Assembly (NCBI GenBank): GCA_023415835.1
Contig: JAEZJK010000042.1
Coordinates: 2,057-66,056, forward strand
Origin: Bacillota bacterium
GTDB lineage: Bacteria > Bacillota > UBA4882 > UBA8346
Direction: 5' to 3'
Length of the DNA stretch: 64,000 bases
Shown here: positions 19,432-28,777 of the stretch, piece by piece
Layout of the letters: every line of letters starts with the position of its first letter
Numbering within the stretch: the first letter of the stretch is position 1
Notes under the pieces: generated by a model
Database searches by the model: none
What the model was told of the DNA's origin: nothing
What the model saw: only the letters and a program-made list of their open reading frames with translations
Translations under genes and position numbers: made by a program

Positions 19432-19499
19432 CCAGGATTTCGTAGATTCCACAGATTTCGCAACTTGTAAGATATTCTGAACGAAGGGATGAGCTACTA

Positions 19500-19826
19500 A
19501 TGATCGTTAAAGGGGAAGTAGTAAATACGATTGATCTTGGCGGTGGGGTTTCTAGGAGAATTTTAGCTGCCGGAGGCAAGATGATGGCTGTGGAGGTAGT
19601 CTTCCAAAAAGGAGCGGTGGGAGCGGTCCATACTCATCCCCACGAGCAGATCGGTTACGTTTTAAAAGGCAGCTTTGAATTTCAGGCCGACGGTAAAAAG
19701 GAGATTATCAAAACCGGGGACAGCTATTATACCACTCCTAACCAGCCTCACGGCGTGGTTGCCCTAGAGGATGGGATCCTGCTTGACATCTTTACCCCCC
19801 AGCGGGAAGATTTCTTGAAGAAATGA
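19500..19826 (+). CDS. Small cupin-domain protein
   Basis: 108 aa. Cupin motifs GAVHTHPHEQIGYVLKG and PHGV. Confidence 0.8.
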   Translation: MIVKGEVVNTIDLGGGVSRRILAAGGKMMAVEVVFQKGAVGAVHTHPHEQIGYVLKGSFEFQADGKKEIIKTGDSYYTTPNQPHGVVALEDGILLDIFTPQREDFLKK

Positions 19827-19964
19827 ACTACTTTGAAAATGCTACCGATGCTTGTCGATCCACGTCACCCATTTTCATAATTTCAGATGGGTCAAGGAAG
19901 CTGACGTGGACGACTATTTAGAAAATACTTTGAAGCTTGTCGCTTGGGTTAATAGGAGGTTGAG

Positions 19965-20957
19965 ATGGACGGCTATCTTCCCAATCAAGATCGGTATACC
20001 CTGATGAAGTACAACCGCTGCGGTAAAAGCGGTGTAAAGCTTCCCGCCGTGGCTTTGGGGCTTTGGCACAATTTCGGCGGGGTCACTCTCTTTGAAAACA
20101 GCCGGGAAATGCTACGGCGCGCTTTCGACTTAGGGATTACCCATTTTGACTTGGCGAATAACTATGGTCCGCCTCCCGGAGCGGCCGAAGCGAATTTTGG
20201 AAAAATCATCAAACAGGATTTTCAAAGATACCGGGACGAGTTGATCATTTCCACTAAGGCCGGATATACCATGTGGCCTGGACCTTATGGGGATTGGGGT
20301 TCGAAAAAGTACTTAGTTTCCAGTCTCGATCAAAGCCTAAAACGGATGGACCTGGATTATGTGGATATCTTTTACCACCACCGGCCGGATCCGGAGACGC
20401 CCTTGGAGGAAACTATGGCAGCGCTGGACTTGATAGTGCGCCAGGGAAAAGCGCTTTATGTAGGTATCTCCAATTATAAAGCCGCTGAAGCCAGGGAAGC
20501 GATTCGGATCTTAAAGCGTTTGGGGACCCCATGCCTGATTCACCAAGCCTCTTACTCCATGTTTAACCGTTGGGTCGAAGCAGAGTTATTGGCGGCCTTA
20601 GGAGAAGAGGGAGTGGGTTGTATTGCCTTTTCGCCCCTGGCTAAAGGCCTGCTTACTGACAGGTATTTAAATGGGATTCCCGTTGATTCGCGGGCTGCCG
20701 GTTCTAGTATTTTTTTGAAACCGGATGATGTAACCGAAGAAAAGATAGCCAAAGTACGGCAATTAAATGAGATGGCCGTTTCCAGAGGGCAGAGCCTGGC
20801 TCAAATGGCGTTGGCCTGGGTATTGCGTGACGCTAGAGTGACCTCGGTATTAATCGGTGCTAGTAAGCCAAGCCAGATCGATGATTGCGTTGGATCAATT
20901 AATAGGCTTGATTTTTCCGATGAAGAACTGAAGCGGATTGAAAAAGCGCTGCAATGA
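19965..20957 (+). CDS. Aldo/keto reductase (YghZ / L-glyceraldehyde-3-phosphate reductase-like)
   Basis: GITHFDLANNYGPPPG, DYVDIFYHHRPD and LYVGISNY, typical of the AKR14-type family. Confidence 0.88.
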   Translation: MDGYLPNQDRYTLMKYNRCGKSGVKLPAVALGLWHNFGGVTLFENSREMLRRAFDLGITHFDLANNYGPPPGAAEANFGKIIKQDFQRYRDELIISTKAGYTMWPGPYGDWGSKKYLVSSLDQSLKRMDLDYVDIFYHHRPDPETPLEETMAALDLIVRQGKALYVGISNYKAAEAREAIRILKRLGTPCLIHQASYSMFNRWVEAELLAALGEEGVGCIAFSPLAKGLLTDRYLNGIPVDSRAAGSSIFLKPDDVTEEKIAKVRQLNEMAVSRGQSLAQMALAWVLRDARVTSVLIGASKPSQIDDCVGSINRLDFSDEELKRIEKALQ

Positions 20958-21027
20958 GTGATCAAAAATTGACTGGATATTATTAATAAAGGTTTTAGCT
21001 ATACTTGGAAAAAGTCCGGCAACCCTA

Positions 21028-21966
21028 TCAAGGAGCCGGACTTTTATGCTTGATAACAAAATCGGCGAAACTCTCATAGGTAAACTGCCTCAAATCGTTA
21101 ATCTCCGGTGAGACCGCCCTAAAGAAACAAGCCGGGATTTCACCGCTATTTAGGTTTTTTTTAATACAGGGATCGCAACCGTGGGAGTGGTTACGAGGAT
21201 GGTTTTTGCATTTATAATCCCGGCAAGTGCAAAAATGTTGGTCCAGGATGTATTGTGCGTGACTACTCACCATGGTTATTAACTGCGGTAAAATAATTTT
21301 AAGGAGCTTTTGCATGATTATCGGGGTGTTTTTTCGATAATCTTCGCCCTGTTTTATCTCTGACTCAAATTTTTCATCATCCGGTTTATCCGATACACCC
21401 CGAATAATACAACATTTAACCTGGTTCAAACTACAAATATGCGCTATTGAACCGGATTCCCAATCGGCGGCCAATACATTTTCTTTTTCTAATTCTTTTA
21501 AAACCTGATAATTAATGTTTTGATCGCCGGTGGCGATAATTCCTTCAATGAGTTTCTCAGGAAACCGGTTAAATTCGATCCAAGAATTATCAATTTCAGT
21601 AGTAAAAAGTTCATAAAAAATCTGACATTGATTACCCATTCTGGTGATGCAATCATATTGAACAGTTTGATTCGCAATAATTAAATCAAGGGTTTTTATA
21701 TCCTTTCCCACCCCGCCTGCTGTACCCAAAACAATAATAATTTTGGGGTTCCATTTATCGATAGCGTATTGGCATGCGGCTGCCGATCTTGTTTTTGTTT
21801 CGCCACTATAATAAAAAATACTTTCTTCATTATTGATCTTAGTAATTACATACTCGCCAAATGGATAGACGTTGTATTCTGACTCGTTAAAATCCATTAT
21901 TTCTTTAAAAGCCTTCCACTCTTGACTAGAACAAACTTGGATACAGAGCATTGCCTCCTCCAACAT
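21028..21966 (-). CDS. PNP_UDP/MTA-SAH-nucleosidase-like domain fused to a C-terminal Cys/His-rich (DUF6485-like) module
   Basis: Nucleosidase-type motifs IIIVLGTAGGVGKD, IATGDQ, AADWESGSIAHIC and IRGVSD. C-terminus CTCRDYKCKNHPRNHSHGCDPCIKKNLNSGEIPACFF. Confidence 0.7.
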   Translation of the reverse strand: MLEEAMLCIQVCSSQEWKAFKEIMDFNESEYNVYPFGEYVITKINNEESIFYYSGETKTRSAAACQYAIDKWNPKIIIVLGTAGGVGKDIKTLDLIIANQTVQYDCITRMGNQCQIFYELFTTEIDNSWIEFNRFPEKLIEGIIATGDQNINYQVLKELEKENVLAADWESGSIAHICSLNQVKCCIIRGVSDKPDDEKFESEIKQGEDYRKNTPIIMQKLLKIILPQLITMVSSHAQYILDQHFCTCRDYKCKNHPRNHSHGCDPCIKKNLNSGEIPACFFRAVSPEINDLRQFTYESFADFVIKHKSPAP

Positions 21967-22057
21967 GGGCTCAAAGATTTAGTTTAGGTTTTAATATGTA
22001 ACCAAAGGGATATTCTTATTCAGTATAATGCGGCTGGCCGAAAGGAACGGTTATTGT

Positions 22058-22918
22058 TCACTTCCATTGTTCCATAATTGCTAAGCCCATTTGATATCCG
22101 GTGCGGTAATCCCGCATTAAAACAGCCACATCCGTGGTCAACCGTTTAGTTTGAAAAGTGTCGGGCGGGTTGACTTCGATAATCCGGACTCCTTGGGGCG
22201 GGTTGCGCATAAAAGCGATGGCCTGCTGATACTTTTCCGCCCGGTTGGCAAGAGCCTTGACCAGATTGGGATATTTTTTCAGGTACAGCTTGCTTAACAA
22301 TTGATGCGAATTGTTTTTCATGGTATAGGAATATGGGCGGGAACGAAGGACCAGGATATTCTTGGCGCCGCGCCGATAGGCTTCGATTACCGGTATCGGG
22401 TCGGTCAGCCCGCCGTCCACATAATCGGTTTGATTGAGCCTAACGAATCCCCGGTAAAAAACCGGGATCGCGCTGGAGGCCTTCAGGGTTTCTTCCAAGT
22501 TGTCCCGGTCGGGCAATAAAAAGACAGTTTCCCCGGTATTTACCGGAGAAACGCCGATATAAAATTCGGTCCCGGAGTTGAGGATTTTATCCAAATCCAG
22601 CCTGATTTCCTTAATGGTTAAACCCCAAAGCCAGTCCAAGTCGACCAAATGCCCGCCTTTGATGAACTTAGACCAGTTAATAAAATCGGGCCGGGTGGAA
22701 TAGTCGGTATAAACCTTGAAGTTCCTTTGATACATTTCCGCCAAATAAGACGCGATATTGGTGGCTCCGGCGGAGACTCCGATAGCGACATCGAAGGGAT
22801 TGAAACCCTTTTCTAAAAAGGCATCCAGGACTCCGGTGGAGAAGATGCCTCGCATGGCTCCGCCTTCAACCACTAAGGCGTTAAGGCCAGGATATTTTGC
22901 TGAAATGTTTGTCTTCAT
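22058..22918 (-). CDS. Patatin-like phospholipase
   Basis: Oxyanion GGAMRG, nucleophile elbow GVSAGA and the catalytic DGG motif. Confidence 0.88.
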   Translation of the reverse strand: MKTNISAKYPGLNALVVEGGAMRGIFSTGVLDAFLEKGFNPFDVAIGVSAGATNIASYLAEMYQRNFKVYTDYSTRPDFINWSKFIKGGHLVDLDWLWGLTIKEIRLDLDKILNSGTEFYIGVSPVNTGETVFLLPDRDNLEETLKASSAIPVFYRGFVRLNQTDYVDGGLTDPIPVIEAYRRGAKNILVLRSRPYSYTMKNNSHQLLSKLYLKKYPNLVKALANRAEKYQQAIAFMRNPPQGVRIIEVNPPDTFQTKRLTTDVAVLMRDYRTGYQMGLAIMEQWK

Positions 22919-23060
22919 GAGTAGACCCTTTCCTAATTGGCTTAGCCAAAGACAATTGTAGCTAATAAAACATTTTTTTGTTTGAAATGGATGTCGACCG
23001 AGGCTGTGATGTGCTTTTATCGAAATTGTCCCTACTTACTATTCAACCTTTTTAATAAAT

Positions 23061-23093
23061 ATCCTTTTCCAGAGCGCGGGTCAGGAAAAGGAT
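23061..23093 (-). terminator. Hairpin downstream of the aminotransferase gene
   Basis: 10-bp stem ATCCTTTTCC / GGAAAAGGAT with a 13-nt loop. The U/A-rich tail on the minus strand is only moderate. Confidence 0.4.
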
Positions 23094-23130
23094 AGCTAGG
23101 GTTTTGTATATTTGATTCTATGGTTTAATG

Positions 23131-24378
23131 TCATTGCATTTTGGAACAATTGGAAGTGGATGCGGACGAACTTAGTAGTAATTTATCAAATACTTTGGTT
23201 AAGATTTGAATTGTTAAGTCGATCTCTTTTTTAGCAACAATTAACGGTGGCATCAATCGAATCATGGAAGGCATTGGCGAATTAACTATTAATCCTTTGG
23301 CAAGGCATTCCCGAACAACTTCCGCGCCTTTCTCTTCCGGTAAATCAAATGCAATAAGTAATCCCTTTCCCCGGATGTCTTTTAAACCGTATTTTGACTT
23401 TATGGATTCTAATTTTCCAATTAAATAATCGCCTTGGATCTCCGCATTTTTAACCAGGCCTCTACCAATAATCTCATTAAGTACCGCAATACCGACTGAC
23501 ATTGCTAATGGTTGCCCCGAATATGTTCCTCCTTGATCACCCGCATCAAAGATATTGTATTTCTCTTTGGTTAGCATGGCCGATAGTGGGAAGCCGCCCC
23601 CAATGCCCTTAGCTAAAGTCATTATATCGGGTTCAATTTGATAATGCTCATATGCAAAGAGCTTTCCAGTCCTGCCGATTCCTGTCTGCACCTCATCAAA
23701 TATCAGTAGGATACCTTTTTCATCACATACCTTTCGAATTGTAGCGGCATACTCTTTGTTAGCTAAGTAAACTCCACTTTCGCCTTGAATCGGCTCAATC
23801 ATGACTGCGCATGTATCCTTATTAATACTAGAAATGATTGAGTCGATATTATTATAAGGAACATGCTTGAACCCAGGAACTTTAGGCGCAAATAAATTTT
23901 CCCATTGTTTCTTGCCCGTAGCGGACATAGTCGCGAGTGTGCGCCCATGAAAGCCATTAATTGTGGTTATGATCTCGTAAGCCCCATTTAGATATTTAGA
24001 ACCATATTTACGCGCAAGTTTTATTGCTCCCTCATTTGCTTCGGCGCCGCTACTAGCGAAAAATACTCTGTCAAAACATGAATGCTCCATTAATAATTGG
24101 GAGAATATGACCATAGGTTTATTGTAAAATGTAGGGCTTGCATTAATCAATGTGCTTGCTTGACTCGTTAGCGCTTTTTTAATAACTATAGGCGAATGTC
24201 CTAGGCATGTTACAGCCCATCCACCGATGAAATCCAAATACTTCTTCCCATCAGTATCCCATAAATACATTCCTTTACCGCGTTCCATGATAATATCCGG
24301 CCTCTTCGCCATGAATAAAATATTCTTTTTTGCTTCCCTTAATAGGTTGGAAGTTGTATCTAAAGAATATGAATTCAT
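23131..24378 (-). CDS. Class-III PLP-dependent aminotransferase (acetylornithine/GABA/putrescine aminotransferase class)
   Basis: SGAEANEGAIKLARKY, DEVQTGIGRTGKLFA and TLAKGIGGGFP (PLP lysine). I prefer the ATG at 24378 (MNSYSL...), 7 nt after GGGAGG, over the track start at 24414. Confidence 0.88.
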   Translation of the reverse strand: MNSYSLDTTSNLLREAKKNILFMAKRPDIIMERGKGMYLWDTDGKKYLDFIGGWAVTCLGHSPIVIKKALTSQASTLINASPTFYNKPMVIFSQLLMEHSCFDRVFFASSGAEANEGAIKLARKYGSKYLNGAYEIITTINGFHGRTLATMSATGKKQWENLFAPKVPGFKHVPYNNIDSIISSINKDTCAVMIEPIQGESGVYLANKEYAATIRKVCDEKGILLIFDEVQTGIGRTGKLFAYEHYQIEPDIMTLAKGIGGGFPLSAMLTKEKYNIFDAGDQGGTYSGQPLAMSVGIAVLNEIIGRGLVKNAEIQGDYLIGKLESIKSKYGLKDIRGKGLLIAFDLPEEKGAEVVRECLAKGLIVNSPMPSMIRLMPPLIVAKKEIDLTIQILTKVFDKLLLSSSASTSNCSKMQ

Positions 24379-24627
24379 AAAATTACCTCCCAAATTATTA
24401 ACATAATTATACATTATAACGTATAATTATGCAAGTTTGTTTTATTTAAAACCAAAAAATAATCAATAGAAGAGAAGTTCCCTTAAAAGAAAACAGCGCA
24501 ATCTTACGGCATCCTTATGCCCCTATTCATTAAAAACAGCTTTTAATTGCTAGGTAAGTCATCATCTCACCTCGGGAATCGTGGAACTGCTTGAAAACCC
24601 TTTTTATACCAGTAAACGAATGTGTTG

Positions 24628-24660
24628 AAAAATAAAAAGTCAGCTCGAAATTCAAGCTGA
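24628..24660 (-). terminator. Intrinsic terminator downstream of the rhomboid gene
   Basis: TCAGCT / AGCTGA stem (24640-24645, 24655-24660). On the minus strand it is followed by CUUUUUAUUUUU. Confidence 0.55.
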
Positions 24661-24796
24661 TAGGGAAAGATTTTATGGGGATCATACACCATAAAAAACG
24701 TTGCTTGCCATCCCAAAACCGATCATACAAAATACAAATAAAAGGCTGTGTCTGTGATAATTTTTTGATTTTAAAATTCGGTTAATCCGATCGCAA

Positions 24797-26353
24797 TTAC
24801 TTCCCAAGCTTATCGAGGTCCCTTAATAACGGGTCAATCGTTTCGTATTTAGCCCCGGTTTTTTTGGCCTGTTCCAGCTCTTGCCGGGAAAGGGCGTATT
24901 GTTTGGTGTCAAAATAGAACAATCCTAAAAGGTAATGTCCATTGGGAGGGTCAATAGCCGTTAAAGCTTTGGCGCTGGCGATGGCTTCCCGATAATTTCC
25001 GGATAAAGCTTGGGCTTTCGCTAAAGTCCACAGAGTATAGGCCTTGAGTTTTTTCTCCCTTGGTTTTAGTTCTAAAATCTCTTTCGCTTTTGATTGGACC
25101 CGGACCCAATCCTCTTTTTCATCGAGCTTCTCTAATTCATTAATTTTGACAACAATTTTACTTTGAGTACTATTAAAACCGTAAACTAATCCGGAAACAA
25201 CCAGCATGACAGTGAGGGCATAATAGAAACGCCGGTTGGTATACCAATTTTTTCGTTCCGGTTTTAAGATAATCCCGGAAGCCAAAAACCCTCCGATCAG
25301 GCCGCCGATATGGGCGAAATTATCAATGCCCGCGTTGGTAAAGCCGTACCCTAGGTTGATCAAGATGGTAAAAATCACGTTATGCCCCAAGTGAGATTTA
25401 AAGAGGGCCGGTTTATTGATCCCAAAATATAATAATGCTCCCAGCAGTCCAAATATTGCGCCCGAAGCCCCAACGCCGGGATTGGCCGAAAAGATAAAAC
25501 TGAGGATATTCCCGGTAATTCCGGCAACAAAGTAAACAAAAGCGAATTTATAACGGCCGAAGATTTTTTCCACCAAATCCCCTACCGCATATAACGAATA
25601 ACAATTGATAAATAAATGGAGGATATTGGCGTGGAGGAAGATTGGGGTAAAAAACCGCCAATATTCTCCGGATAAAATACGGTAATTTTCTTTAGCCCCA
25701 AATTCTACCAATAGTTGACTGTAACTTAGGCCAGTTTGTTTGGAAAAGAGAAACAAGAGTAGCCCGATAAAGACGTTTATACCAATCAAAGCATATGTAA
25801 TAACCGGGGTTTTTGACTGGAACGTTATTTTATACTCCGCCTCTTTTTGCAAGGTCAGTTCCTCAAGCTCGCTATCAGTAATCGTGTTGTTAGTTATTCC
25901 TTTGGCGAACAGCCGGGTGATGATTTTCGATAAACCCAGATCAGTCCTGGGTACTTTGAAATGCCGTTCTACTGAGTTAGCCGCCAGATTAACCGTCAAA
26001 CATTTCAAGAATGTCCTGCCCGGTAAATTCTGAAATTCTTCCGCTGTAACCGCCGCCAACTTATCCGGGCCGGGAGCATCTTCAAAGATGAAGACCTCAT
26101 AAAAGAAGAAACCGTTCTTCGGTCTATTTTCAGTAAGTAACTTTTTTTTATGTTGCAGCCAGTCGGCAATTTCAGCCCCGGAAAACTTGTCGCCGTCCAA
26201 CAATTCCACAATTACATTGCTGCCGAAATGATCTTTGGCAAGAATGTTATGCTCCGGGTTGATCTTCAAATTACCGTCCCGATCTTTTAAAAGCAGGAAG
26301 TTTTTATCGCCTACCAATGTTTTGATAAGGGCTTTGATAAATTGAGCTTTCAT
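24797..26353 (-). CDS. Rhomboid-family intramembrane serine protease with an N-terminal ~190-aa unknown domain and C-terminal TPR repeats
   Basis: Rhomboid motifs HANILHLFIN, GASGAIFGLLGA and AHIGGLIGG. The C-terminal TPR-like stretch includes LKAYTLWTLAKAQALSGNYREAIASAKAL. Confidence 0.88.
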   Translation of the reverse strand: MKAQFIKALIKTLVGDKNFLLLKDRDGNLKINPEHNILAKDHFGSNVIVELLDGDKFSGAEIADWLQHKKKLLTENRPKNGFFFYEVFIFEDAPGPDKLAAVTAEEFQNLPGRTFLKCLTVNLAANSVERHFKVPRTDLGLSKIITRLFAKGITNNTITDSELEELTLQKEAEYKITFQSKTPVITYALIGINVFIGLLLFLFSKQTGLSYSQLLVEFGAKENYRILSGEYWRFFTPIFLHANILHLFINCYSLYAVGDLVEKIFGRYKFAFVYFVAGITGNILSFIFSANPGVGASGAIFGLLGALLYFGINKPALFKSHLGHNVIFTILINLGYGFTNAGIDNFAHIGGLIGGFLASGIILKPERKNWYTNRRFYYALTVMLVVSGLVYGFNSTQSKIVVKINELEKLDEKEDWVRVQSKAKEILELKPREKKLKAYTLWTLAKAQALSGNYREAIASAKALTAIDPPNGHYLLGLFYFDTKQYALSRQELEQAKKTGAKYETIDPLLRDLDKLGK

Positions 26354-26387
26354 CCAAAAAGCCTCCTTGGTTCTCGAAACTGATTTA

Positions 26388-28472
26388 TTAGTATTTTTTA
26401 GTCAATTCCGCCCCCGGATAATAATGGGCTAAAATATCGCTATAGGAATAACCAGCCGCAGCCATTCCAGCCGCACCGCTTTGAGCCATCCCGACTCCAT
26501 GTCCCCAACCGCCGCCGGTGAAGGCGAAATATTCCGGTAGGCCGTCCGCTCCCAGTTTGGGCTGGACTACGAAAAGATTGCTCCGTAGGCCGCCAATGGA
26601 GCGGATGGAGTCGCCTTTGAGCAATTTTTCGCCTTTAGTCCCCTTGATTAAGACTTGGGCGGCCCGGCCGCTGCTACTGCGCTCAATTACTGATAGGGAG
26701 AGAATCGATCCGATATTTGGCGCGAGTTTCAAGCGGGTTTCGATTTCTTCCCGGGATATCCAATGGGACCAACGGTAGGCGCTCCGGGCCGAATACTTGG
26801 GATGATTGGAGTGGGCCTCGGGCCGGTCTTTTAACCAGGTATAAAGTTCTGCCGGAGCTAACGGATCATTGCGGGGCGGGAGCAATTTATCGGGAACCGC
26901 TTGAAGGTATGGGGATGGGAACCCCCAAACGCTTTGGCTGCTTTCAGTATATCCGCCGCAGTTGTCATAGTAAAAGGCGCCAATTGGCTTAGACTGGTAG
27001 GTTAGGATTAACCCTCCAGTAGAGTCGACCGCTTCCCTTACCGACCCTGTTTCCGATTGGACGCCGTTATAAACTTGGGAGGCGACGGTCGGTAATAGAT
27101 CGAAACCGCGCGCTTCAAACCGACCCAGATTGGCGAAGGTATACGTCCGGGCCGCTATCGCTTGGGCTTCCAAGATCGCTTTCGGCCATGAAGAGGGGAC
27201 TTCGGAAGGAACTACGGCATAAAGGTACTCTTCGACATTAACTAGGTTTACTACAGTTATGCCTTGGTCGAATCTCTTAAACTCCAGACTCCCGCGAAAG
27301 GCGCGATCCTGACGGCCAGCCCAGAAATAACCTTGCCCGTGTTGGGCGTCGAAGAGAATGGTAGTGGCTTCGGGTTCTTGATATGAAAGGAGCAGTGATT
27401 TGGAAGAAGAGATCAGAACTTTACCGTCTTCAGCACAGACCTCAATTGTAGCGCTATTTTGACGGACTAATAATACAGTGTTGGCTTTTCCGGTAATCCG
27501 GGTATTTCCATTACGTTCAGCGATCCAAAAGTCGCCGCCGGTTTTAAGGTGCAACTCCCGGATTTTTTCCATTAAACCGATCCTGACTTCCGGGATGGTT
27601 TCTCTTCCTTCTTTGATGGCTTTGACTGTCGGCGGGGTCGATATTTTTCGCCTTTCGGTTACAGCGTCCCGTTGTTTGGCCGCAAATTCCGGTCTCGTAG
27701 TATTGAAGTTTTTAAGTTCGGCAGCGATCACTTGGTTCCAGGGAAGGGCAGATTCCGCCTTGAGTAACAGATCATAAGCGGACTGGTATTTTTCCTGAGC
27801 CAGATAGGATTGGATTAAGGGATAGAAACAAATAGTCAAATTATGATCCTGGGAGGCCGCCTTTTTAAAGCTGCTTTCGGCTTGTTCGAATTGGCCTTTT
27901 TGAAATGATACTTGGCCTAAAAAATAATGGGCTATCGGGTTAAAGCTTTGCTTATCCAAGGACTTTTTGAGAGAGCTTTCCGCTTCATCATAATTATTCA
28001 AATCCCTAAAGGCCAAACCAAGCCAGAAGAGGGCTTCCGGATCGGACTCCGATTCACCAGTAAACTTTAGGACCAGATCCGGCTGTCCCCCGAGGTAAGC
28101 GGCTTCCATTAGGGCTATCCGGTAAGCAGATTCTAATGGGTATTTAGCGGCTATGTAAGTCAATTCGGAAATGGCCTCCTGATACTTCCCGGTTTCCTTC
28201 AAAAGTTGGATCAAGTTTAAACGGGCTTGGCCGTTTTCTGGGTCGGATTGGAGGATTTCACGATATTTTTGAATGCTCCCCTGATAATCACCTTGGTAAT
28301 AGGAAGCTACAGCCGTAGTAAATAAGTTCAGCTTTTGGCTGGTGGCGGTATTATCCTCCGAGGCTACCGGATATGGTAAAGAAACTAAGATTGTTAAGAA
28401 TAATAAGGCAGATAAATATGTCTGATTTTGATAGTTAAAACGAATAAAGCGATTCTTAATTGTTGGCTTCAT
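26388..28472 (-). CDS. SpoIID/LytB-domain protein with an N-terminal TPR array
   Basis: N-terminal signal/TM segment and multiple TPRs. SpoIID-type C-terminal domain (AQAIAARTY, YYDNCGGYTESS, GGWGHGVGMAQSGAAGMA). Confidence 0.85.
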   Translation of the reverse strand: MKPTIKNRFIRFNYQNQTYLSALLFLTILVSLPYPVASEDNTATSQKLNLFTTAVASYYQGDYQGSIQKYREILQSDPENGQARLNLIQLLKETGKYQEAISELTYIAAKYPLESAYRIALMEAAYLGGQPDLVLKFTGESESDPEALFWLGLAFRDLNNYDEAESSLKKSLDKQSFNPIAHYFLGQVSFQKGQFEQAESSFKKAASQDHNLTICFYPLIQSYLAQEKYQSAYDLLLKAESALPWNQVIAAELKNFNTTRPEFAAKQRDAVTERRKISTPPTVKAIKEGRETIPEVRIGLMEKIRELHLKTGGDFWIAERNGNTRITGKANTVLLVRQNSATIEVCAEDGKVLISSSKSLLLSYQEPEATTILFDAQHGQGYFWAGRQDRAFRGSLEFKRFDQGITVVNLVNVEEYLYAVVPSEVPSSWPKAILEAQAIAARTYTFANLGRFEARGFDLLPTVASQVYNGVQSETGSVREAVDSTGGLILTYQSKPIGAFYYDNCGGYTESSQSVWGFPSPYLQAVPDKLLPPRNDPLAPAELYTWLKDRPEAHSNHPKYSARSAYRWSHWISREEIETRLKLAPNIGSILSLSVIERSSSGRAAQVLIKGTKGEKLLKGDSIRSIGGLRSNLFVVQPKLGADGLPEYFAFTGGGWGHGVGMAQSGAAGMAAAGYSYSDILAHYYPGAELTKKY

Positions 28473-28777
28473 GATTCATTCCTTTATGAATAGTGTTTTT
28501 AAAAACTTGGTACGAATACTTTTCAGTGTTTAAACTATAGATAATAGCTGAAAGAGTATTGTTAAACAGCCTATCTGTCCGCCGTTTTTACTGCAAACTG
28601 ATAAACTGCCCACTGCTTATCATATTCATCTCAATCCCGAATAAAAATCATATTAGCACTCCCAGCCCGTTAGCTACCAAAATGAATAAAAATTGGTTCC
28701 AAAGGATCAACTTTACAATACTCTTGGCTCAAGCCTTTCCCTTTCGCTTTATTTAAAAACGGAATGAGGTTGATGGA

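Noticed and set aside
21028-24414. Nucleosidase fusion, patatin and aminotransferase as an anti-phage signalling (CBASS/Thoeris/Detocs-like) system
   Set aside because: There is no nucleotide cyclase, TIR, SAVED/receiver, kinase or other sensor component nearby. The genes are separated by 91 and 212 bp, with a hairpin (23061-23093) in the aminotransferase-patatin gap. The aminotransferase is an ordinary class-III enzyme.
28473-28777. Sporulation sigma-factor (sigE/sigG-type) promoter upstream of the CwlD-like amidase (TCATATT ... CATATTA)
   Set aside because: The spacing between the candidate -35 and -10 boxes (~22 nt) does not fit either consensus.
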